This document shows positions 1 to 4,968 of a stretch of 5,999 bases of DNA, piece after piece. The stretch lies in assembly GCA_023136205.1 (NCBI GenBank), contig JAGLRQ010000080.1, positions 1 to 5,999 of the forward strand, read 5' to 3'. Every line of letters starts with the position of its first letter. Positions within the stretch are counted from its first letter, which is position 1. The notes below the pieces were generated by a model that saw only the letters and a program-made list of their open reading frames with translations, did no database searches and had not been told where the DNA came from. Source of the DNA: Candidatus Auribacterota bacterium (GTDB lineage: Bacteria > Auribacterota > UBA6266). A program made the position numbers and the translations under genes.

Positions 1-1
1 C

Positions 2-748
2 TGGGGTGGTTCATTGATTCGCCCGGAAGCGACCGGATACGGTACTGTTTATTTTGCGGAGGAAATGCTTAAGGCACGGGGTGATTCTATAAAAGGAAAA
101 ACATGTGTGGTTTCCGGTTCCGGAAACGTTGCCCAGTATACGATAGAGAAGTTAAACCAGCTTGGCGCGAAAGCAGTAACACTGTCTGATTCCGGCGGTT
201 TTGTACATGATCCTGACGGCATAAATGACGAAAAGCTTGCCTATGTTATGGAACTGAAGAATGTGAAAAGAGGGCGTATTAAAGAATACGCGAAAAAATA
301 TAATGTTAACTACTGTGAAGGTAAAAGGCCCTGGGGAATAAAATGTGACGCTGCTTTCCCTTCGGCAACCCAAAACGAAATAGATGGTAATGACGCGGAA
401 ACGCTTCTTAAAAACGGCTGCTATGTTGTGGCTGAGGGAGCTAATATGCCCACGGTTCCGGAAGGGGTAAAAAAGTTTCTTGATGCTAAGATTCTTTACG
501 GCCCGGGCAAGGCGGCTAACGCGGGAGGAGTCGCGACATCAGGGCTTGAAATGTCGCAAAACTCACTGCGTCTTTCATGGACGAGAGAAGAAGTGGATGA
601 AAGGTTGCGCAACATAATGAAGTCTATACACAGTGCCGCAGCTTCAGCGGCTCAGGAGTATGGGCAAGCCGAAAATTATGTTCTGGGAGCTAATATTGCC
701 GGTTTTATGAAGGTCGCGGATTCAATGTTAGATCAGGGATTGGTGTAA
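2..748 (+). CDS. gdhA: Glutamate dehydrogenase, GdhA-type (probably NADP-specific), C-terminal 248 codons; the 5' end lies upstream of the window
   Basis: The frame is open from position 2 and reads WGGSLIRPEATGYG. The tracked start at 14 is an internal TTG Leu codon, not a real start. The translation is near-collinear with E. coli GdhA blocks: VSGSGNVAQY (dinucleotide-binding GxGxxA), PSATQNE, AEGANMPT, GPGKAANAGGVATSGLEMSQN and GANIAGFMKVADSMLDQG. The stop is TAA at 746-748. Confidence 0.95.
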   Translation, partial: WGGSLIRPEATGYGTVYFAEEMLKARGDSIKGKTCVVSGSGNVAQYTIEKLNQLGAKAVTLSDSGGFVHDPDGINDEKLAYVMELKNVKRGRIKEYAKKYNVNYCEGKRPWGIKCDAAFPSATQNEIDGNDAETLLKNGCYVVAEGANMPTVPEGVKKFLDAKILYGPGKAANAGGVATSGLEMSQNSLRLSWTREEVDERLRNIMKSIHSAAASAAQEYGQAENYVLGANIAGFMKVADSMLDQGLV

Positions 749-767
749 GAAATAAGCAGAAACCTGA

Positions 768-810
768 TAGAGCACCTCTGAAATCTAATGGTTTTGGAGG
801 TGCTTTTTTT
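768..810 (+). terminator. Rho-independent terminator of gdhA
   Basis: The perfect arms are AGCACCTC (771-778) and GAGGTGCT (797-804). The stem can extend inward through G-U and A-U pairs (779-784 with 791-796) to a 6-nt loop at 785-790. A run of 7 T follows at 804-810. The element starts 20 nt after the gdhA stop. Confidence 0.8.
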
Positions 811-1402
811 CATCTCCTTTTACAAATAACATGGGAAATATAATGTCGCTTAAACAACAGGGTATCCATACCGCGATAAAAAGAAACAGAAAAATGCTGA
901 TATACGCGAACCAGTGTAAAGGCTCTCCTTTAGCCATAATAATGTGAAAGACTGATGCCCAGGTGCTTAATAAGACATGCCCGCTGTGAGGAAGTTTTGT
1001 CCTTGGCCTAAAATATGCTATTGCCACGCCTAATATTGCCAGCGGATTAATAAGCCACCATTTTTCAATAAAGCCTATGTGCGCGTGCCTGTTTGGCATA
1101 TTAAGCAGGCTCTCTGCCAGATATGGCGTTAATGAATCGCTTAGCGTTGCTATTCCTATAGAGCCTGTATAGCCAATAGCCAACAGAATCCATAAGCTGC
1201 ATTTATCTTTGTGAATTTTATACATGGACGCGGTTACAAAGGCGCTTAGCAGGACATGCATTGGGTGAAGTATGTAGAAAATATCATATGAAGTTTTGAA
1301 GGACAGTTTTTGAAAGTATATTATGACTAATATGCCGGTAACCGCTCCAAAAGCAGTGAAAGGGGCGTGGCTTTTTAGTTCTCTGAGAATATGTTTAAAC
1401 AT
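785..1402 (-). CDS. Integral membrane protein of unknown function, 205 aa, about 6 predicted TM segments, His-rich
   Basis: The ORF has an ATG start at 1402..1400 with GCAGGA (1412..1407) 6 nt upstream, and a TAG stop at 787..785. Six hydrophobic stretches of 17-25 residues are visible by eye: about aa 13-30, 41-61, 69-87, 115-131, 141-157 and 164-193. It contains 13 His in 205 aa, including HPMH (46-49), HAH (106-108) and HSGH (139-142), plus a PCC motif (181-183). I recognise no family with confidence. Confidence 0.72.
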   Translation of the reverse strand: MFKHILRELKSHAPFTAFGAVTGILVIIYFQKLSFKTSYDIFYILHPMHVLLSAFVTASMYKIHKDKCSLWILLAIGYTGSIGIATLSDSLTPYLAESLLNMPNRHAHIGFIEKWWLINPLAILGVAIAYFRPRTKLPHSGHVLLSTWASVFHIIMAKGEPLHWFAYISIFLFLFIAVWIPCCLSDIIFPMLFVKGDEKKHLQNH

Positions 1403-1429
1403 TATATCCTGCTTTTTAAAAAATTAAAT

Positions 1430-1459
1430 TTCAAACAAACTTGCCAATTAGTATATAAT
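1430..1459 (+). promoter_or_regulatory. Candidate sigma70-type promoter for the glycerate kinase/GT4 unit
   Basis: The -35 is TTCAAA (1430-1435), followed by an 18-nt spacer and a consensus -10 TATAAT (1454-1459). It lies about 65 nt upstream of ATG 1525. This rests on hexamer matching alone in an AT-rich spacer. Confidence 0.3.
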
Positions 1460-1478
1460 AATGCTGATGTAAAGTGAA
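1450..1478 (-). promoter_or_regulatory. Candidate sigma70-type promoter for the His-rich membrane protein gene
   Basis: On the minus strand the -35 is TTCACT (1478..1473), followed by a 17-nt spacer and a -10 TATACT (1455..1450). This -10 overlaps the plus-strand TATAAT. This rests on hexamer matching alone. Confidence 0.25.
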
Positions 1479-1524
1479 TATGTTTTGATTGTGCGCGGAA
1501 AAACCAAAGCGAAGGGATGTGTAT

Positions 1525-2859
1525 ATGAAAAGAGCTCTCAGCTTGATGAGAAAAGATGCGGACATTATTATTAAAGAATCCATAAAAGCAGTTGACCCCA
1601 TTTGCGCGGTCGAGAAAATGGTGAGAATCACCGGAGATATTCTCTATGTTGGAAACAGGAAATATAACCTTAAAAAGATAAATAATATCTATATTGTCGG
1701 TTTGGGAAAAGCTTCTTCTCAGATGGCAATACCTTTGGAGAAAATTCTTGGAAAGAAACTTGCCGGAGGTATTATTAATACGAAATATGGCCACGGCGCG
1801 AAGTTAAAGAAATTGAAGATAAATGAGTGCGGCCATCCTGTGCCGGATAAAAATGGCCTTAAAGGCGCTGGTGAAATTTGCCGGTTTGTTGAAAGAGCCG
1901 GAAAGAATGATATAGTTTTTTGCCTTATATCGGGCGGAGGCTCCGCTCTTTTTCCTCTCCCCGCGAAGGGAATTTCTTTTAGAGATAAACAAAAAACAAC
2001 ACAGCTTCTTTTAAAATCAGGGGCTGCTATTCAGGAAGTTAATACCGTGAGGAAACATATCTCGGCTGTTAAAGGGGGGCGTCTCGCGAAAATAATTAGC
2101 CCGGCAAAAATCATATCGCTTATTCTTTCAGATGTTATTGGCGATGATATAGCATTTATAGCTTCCGGTGTTACAGCGCCGGATCCTACAACTTTTTTAA
2201 ACTGCATGGAGATTATGAAGAAATACAAACTTCAAAAGAGTATGCCTGAATCAGTCATTAAATATATCCGTGAAGGGCTTAAAAAGAAGGCTCTAGAAAC
2301 ACCGAAGCCTGGAGATGATGCTTTCAAGGAAGTCAAAAACCTGGTAATAGGGAGCAATTTTGCTGCCGCTGAAGCCGCGGCAAAAAAAGCGGAAAAGCTG
2401 GGATACAACGCGTTGATACTTTCTACTATTATCGAGGGGGAAACTTCTCAAGTTGCCGGGGTGCACGCGGCAATTGCAAAGGAAATTTTGATGTCGAATA
2501 ATCCCGTGAAGAAACCCGCGTGTGTTATTTCAGGGGGAGAAACCACTGTTACCATAAAGGGAAAAGGCAAGGGTGGCAGGAATATGGAGTTTTGTCTTGC
2601 CTGTATAGGATCAATCAGCGGCTGTGAAAATATTGTAATTTCAAGTGTTGGTACCGATGGTACCGATGGCCCTACCGACGCGGCAGGAGCTATTGTGGAT
2701 TCAAATTCCTGTGCTAAAGCTATGAAGAAAAAGTTAATGCCATTGAAATATCTTGATAACAATGATTCATACAATTTTTTTAAGAAAGCGGGAGGGCTTT
2801 ATATAACCGGCCCAACCGGAACAAATGTGATGGATATAAGAGTTATGCTGGTAAAATAA
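1525..2859 (+). CDS. Glycerate 2-kinase / TtuD-like protein (DUF4147 + MOFRL domain family), 444 aa
   Basis: N-domain hallmark blocks are VGLGKASSQMA, CGHPVPD, LISGGGSALFPLP and NTVRKHISAVKGGRLA. MOFRL-domain blocks are ISGGETTVTIKGKGKGGRNMEF, GTDGTDGPTDAAGAIVD, NDSYNFF and TGPTGTNVMD. I prefer ATG 1525, with AAGGGA (1512-1517) 7 nt upstream, over the tracked TTG at 1489. The stop is TAA at 2857-2859. Confidence 0.9.
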   Translation: MKRALSLMRKDADIIIKESIKAVDPICAVEKMVRITGDILYVGNRKYNLKKINNIYIVGLGKASSQMAIPLEKILGKKLAGGIINTKYGHGAKLKKLKINECGHPVPDKNGLKGAGEICRFVERAGKNDIVFCLISGGGSALFPLPAKGISFRDKQKTTQLLLKSGAAIQEVNTVRKHISAVKGGRLAKIISPAKIISLILSDVIGDDIAFIASGVTAPDPTTFLNCMEIMKKYKLQKSMPESVIKYIREGLKKKALETPKPGDDAFKEVKNLVIGSNFAAAEAAAKKAEKLGYNALILSTIIEGETSQVAGVHAAIAKEILMSNNPVKKPACVISGGETTVTIKGKGKGGRNMEFCLACIGSISGCENIVISSVGTDGTDGPTDAAGAIVDSNSCAKAMKKKLMPLKYLDNNDSYNFFKKAGGLYITGPTGTNVMDIRVMLVK

Positions 2860-2875
2860 CGGAGGACGATGAACT

Positions 2876-4135
2876 ATGGCTGTTTATAAAAGGCCGCGCG
2901 GGAAAAAGATAGCACTGCTTCATTATTCTTACCCGCCTGTTATTGGCGGTGTTGAGTTTGTTATGGAAGGGCAGGCTAATATATTGACGGATATGGGGTA
3001 CAAAGTCAGGGTTATTACTGCTTCAGGAGGGGAAACTAACAGTAACCCGGATATAGAGATATATAAGATAGAGGAAATATGGGGAGGAAACCCGATCGTT
3101 AAAAGTTCTTTCAAAAAAAATGGGAGATTAAATCCTGAAGTTTTTGAGTGGGCGAAAAAACTATTAAAAAAGAAATTGAAGAAAGCTCTTGTCGGTATGT
3201 CAAAATGCATTATTCATAATGTGATGACAATGCATTTTAACAAGGTTCTTACCGCTGCCTTGGATGAACTTATTAATGAACAGGAAAATATAAAGTTTGT
3301 CGTATGGTGTCATGATGCCAGCCTCATTAACCCTGACTATTTAATAAAGTTCAGAGATAAATATCCGAGAAATCTTCTTTTTAAATTAAATCCTCGAGCC
3401 AAATATGTAACGATATCCCAGGAAAGGCAAAAACAACTCGCGGAGCTTTTTAAAGTAGGGGAAAAGAAGATCGCGGTAGTTCCAAACGGTATCGATGTTA
3501 AAAACCTTTTGAACATTTCTCCTGAAATCTGGAAATTTGCTTTGAAATACAAATTTTTTGAAAAAGATATTATTTCATTTTTTCCTACGAGGATTCTTAA
3601 AAGGAAAAATATTGAAAAAGGTATTGATATAATCTATGAACTCAAGAAAATGGGCTTGAATGTTCTTTTCATTATAACGGGCCCGCCGGACCCGCACAAT
3701 AAAGAAGCGGCAGAGTATTATGATTTTTTGTTTAATTACAGGGAAAAGAAAGGGGTTGAAAAAGAGGTTGTTTTCATGCATAACAGGGAAATGGCCGGCG
3801 GAGCAAAAATAAAGATTGATTTACACGCGCTGAGAAACCTTTATAGATTGTGCGATATGCTGCTTCTTACCTCGACCCAGGAGGGTTTCGGCCTTCCACT
3901 TCTTGAAGCGGGCCTTTTCAGGATGCCGATTTTTTGTAGTAATATTAAGCCGCTTCCGGAAGTTTTTGGAGATAGCGCGTCCTATTTTGGGCTTAAGGAA
4001 GATTCCGGAAAGATTGCTAAAAGAATTTTGAACGCGTATAAGAGAAGCATTGTCCACAAAAATTTCAAAGAGGTTATGCTGAATTATTCATGGCCCTCAA
4101 TTTACCATAAACATATTAAAAAACTTATTTCTTAA
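2876..4135 (+). CDS. Glycosyltransferase, GT4 family (retaining, GT-B fold), 419 aa; acceptor unknown
   Basis: The ATG at 2876 has GGAGG (2861-2865) 10 nt upstream and lies 16 nt after the kinase stop. The N-terminal block KIALLHYSYPPVIGGVE is the typical GT4 glycine-rich loop. The C-terminal nucleotide-sugar block is LLLTSTQEGFGLPLLEAGLFRMPIFCS, with EGFGLPLLEA at 3881-3910 (the E-x7-E motif region). The stop is TAA at 4133-4135. Confidence 0.87.
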   Translation: MAVYKRPRGKKIALLHYSYPPVIGGVEFVMEGQANILTDMGYKVRVITASGGETNSNPDIEIYKIEEIWGGNPIVKSSFKKNGRLNPEVFEWAKKLLKKKLKKALVGMSKCIIHNVMTMHFNKVLTAALDELINEQENIKFVVWCHDASLINPDYLIKFRDKYPRNLLFKLNPRAKYVTISQERQKQLAELFKVGEKKIAVVPNGIDVKNLLNISPEIWKFALKYKFFEKDIISFFPTRILKRKNIEKGIDIIYELKKMGLNVLFIITGPPDPHNKEAAEYYDFLFNYREKKGVEKEVVFMHNREMAGGAKIKIDLHALRNLYRLCDMLLLTSTQEGFGLPLLEAGLFRMPIFCSNIKPLPEVFGDSASYFGLKEDSGKIAKRILNAYKRSIVHKNFKEVMLNYSWPSIYHKHIKKLIS

Positions 4136-4832
4136 AAGCTTCTTTAATTGATTTAATAGTATCCTCAATATTTTTTCTTAACGATCCCGGTTCATCTGAA
4201 AACAAATCCCTTATCTGAGCAATCCCCGAATTGTTCATAATTATATCGATCAATTCTTTCTCTGACTTAATATTAGTAAAACGCTTGTTTTGAAGTCGTA
4301 TCTTCGCGATGATTTTACTCCCGGCCGCGTATGGCCCGGAATAAGAAGCCTCGTCAAACGAAAGAATAAACTCGTCAATTAAAAAGCTTATTTTTTTATT
4401 TTTCAGAGAAACTGCTTGAGGATTTTGCTTCTTGTCAGGCTGGTTTTTTTGGGGTTCGTGATTCTTTGTTAAAATCACTATGTTCATTTTTTTATCCGGA
4501 TTTTGTTCGATGTTCAGGGCTTTTATATCAAGCTTTAGTGTTTTAAGGTGGATGTTACGATCTAAAAGGCCTTTAAGAACATATGTCGCTCTTGCAGAAG
4601 AAACTTCAAGCATGGGTACCTTTGAAAATCCCGGGGGATTGTGTATAGCAATATTCCTGAGGGTTAGTGTTGATTGCAGGATGTTCAGATTAAGAGAGCC
4701 AATAGTTATTGTAGTGTCCGCGGCAGATTGAAATCCCTTTTCTATAGCTGTTTTTATAAGAAGGTCTTTTGTGATGGAAAAGATAAAAACAATAATGACA
4801 AGAATGAATAAGCGTTTAAAAATCTTTTTCAT
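4125..4832 (-). CDS. Small membrane-anchored AsmA/DUF748-like protein, 235 aa
   Basis: I prefer ATG 4832..4830 (M36 of the tracked ORF) as the start. It yields a classic signal-anchor, MKKIFKRLFILVIIVFIFSIT. The following segment, ITIGSLNLNILQSTLTLRNIAIHNPPGFSKVPMLEVSSARATYVLKGLLDRNIHLKTLKLDIKALNIEQN, matches the pattern I recognise at the N-terminus of AsmA/TamB/DUF748 proteins. A K/Q/P-rich linker and a second beta-rich half (ISFLIDEFILSFDEASY...) follow. No Shine-Dalgarno site is visible upstream. The stop is TAA at 4127..4125. Confidence 0.68.
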   Translation of the reverse strand: MKKIFKRLFILVIIVFIFSITKDLLIKTAIEKGFQSAADTTITIGSLNLNILQSTLTLRNIAIHNPPGFSKVPMLEVSSARATYVLKGLLDRNIHLKTLKLDIKALNIEQNPDKKMNIVILTKNHEPQKNQPDKKQNPQAVSLKNKKISFLIDEFILSFDEASYSGPYAAGSKIIAKIRLQNKRFTNIKSEKELIDIIMNNSGIAQIRDLFSDEPGSLRKNIEDTIKSIKEAFKK

Positions 4833-4841
4833 AATATAGCT

Positions 4842-4870
4842 ATTTTCTAAAAGAATCCGGGATAAGTCAA
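4842..4870 (-). promoter_or_regulatory. Candidate promoter for the AsmA-like gene, positioned to give a very short or absent leader
   Basis: On the minus strand the -35 is TTGACT (4870..4865), followed by a 17-nt spacer and a weak -10 GAAAAT (4847..4842). Only 9 nt separate the -10 from ATG 4832. This rests on hexamer matching alone. Confidence 0.25.
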
Positions 4871-4893
4871 ATAAAAAGCTGGGAAAAATCGTA

Positions 4894-4907
4894 TATAGTA
4901 TATAGTA
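4894..4907. repeat. Tandem 7-bp direct repeat TATAGTA x2
   Basis: Read directly from the sequence: TATAGTA at 4894-4900 and again at 4901-4907, in the divergent intergenic region. Confidence 0.6.
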
Positions 4908-4910
4908 AAA

Positions 4911-4927
4911 TTTGATATCTTTGATAT
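4911..4927. repeat. 8-bp direct repeat TTTGATAT x2 with 9-bp period
   Basis: Read directly from the sequence: TTTGATAT at 4911-4918 and 4920-4927. The second copy overlaps the predicted pfp extended -10 element. Confidence 0.6.
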
Positions 4928-4930
4928 AAT
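4922..4930 (+). promoter_or_regulatory. Candidate extended -10 promoter element for the PFK gene
   Basis: TGaTATAAT at 4922-4930 gives TG at -15/-14 plus a consensus -10. No good -35 sits at 17-nt spacing (ATAGTA at 4902-4907), which is tolerated by extended -10 promoters. It lies about 39 nt upstream of ATG 4969. Confidence 0.35.
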
Positions 4931-4955
4931 ACTCCAACTTATTTAAATTGTAATC

Positions 4956-4963
4956 AGGAGGTG
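4956..4963 (+). promoter_or_regulatory. Shine-Dalgarno site of the PFK gene
   Basis: AGGAGGTG at 4956-4963 is followed by a 5-nt spacer (TTTTT) and ATG 4969. Confidence 0.85.
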
Positions 4964-4968
4964 TTTTT

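Noticed and set aside
110-127. The 8-bp inverted repeat GTTTCCGG-tt-CCGGAAAC inside gdhA.
   Set aside because: It encodes the VSGSGN Rossmann-loop motif and arises from Gly/Ser codon choice. The 2-nt spacer is too short for a stable hairpin loop, and its mid-gene position gives no regulatory rationale.
977-1009. A PAP2-phosphatase-like signature in the His-rich membrane protein: RP...HSGH...S-x6-H, aa 132-153.
   Set aside because: In PAP2 enzymes the KxxxxxxRP, PSGH and SRxxxxxHxxxD blocks are separated by a helix or loop (tens of residues). They also include the conserved Lys, Arg and Asp. Here the elements are 4 residues apart and the Lys, Arg and Asp are missing. I also compared the protein by eye with HupE/UreJ, the PAQR/hemolysin-III family, rhomboid, DUF457/YdjM, MsrQ and fatty-acid-desaturase His boxes, and none fitted in spacing.
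1489-1524. The TTG start at 1489, which would add MCAEKPKRRDVY to the glycerate kinase.
   Set aside because: No SD site precedes it. ATG 1525 has AAGGGA at 7-nt spacing, and homologues as I recall them begin close to the MKRALSLMRKDA... position.
1402-1794. The 130-aa minus-strand ORF spanning the 1403-1524 intergenic region and the 5' end of the glycerate kinase gene. The nested 66-aa ORF at 1431..1631 is included here.
   Set aside because: It is antisense to a confidently identified CDS and runs through the promoter region. It has no SD site and an uninformative sequence. It would end exactly where the membrane gene starts, which is an unlikely arrangement.
2650-2679. The tandem 9-bp repeat GGTACCGAT x2 followed by a degenerate third unit, which looks like a microsatellite or slippage site.
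   Set aside because: It encodes GTDGTDGPTD, which is the conserved GTDGxDGPTDAAGA motif of the MOFRL domain. The repetition reflects the peptide motif, not a repeat element.
152-4731. The remaining short tracked ORFs: 152..373(-), 1804..1992(-), 2031..2228(-), 2448..2774(-), 2929..3210(-), 3337..3552(-), 3575..3781(-), 3821..4057(-) and 4480..4731(+).
   Set aside because: Each is fully nested antisense within a confidently assigned CDS. All are short (62-108 aa) and lack both SD sites and recognisable motifs, so they are typical shadow ORFs.
4833-4937. The N-terminal extension of the AsmA-like ORF from the TTG at 4937 (MEYYIKDIKFYYILYTIFPSFLF...).
   Set aside because: It uses a TTG start with no SD site. 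The extension is a translation of AT-rich promoter-like DNA containing the tandem repeats. The internal ATG at 4832 gives a textbook Lys/Arg-rich n-region followed by a hydrophobic anchor.
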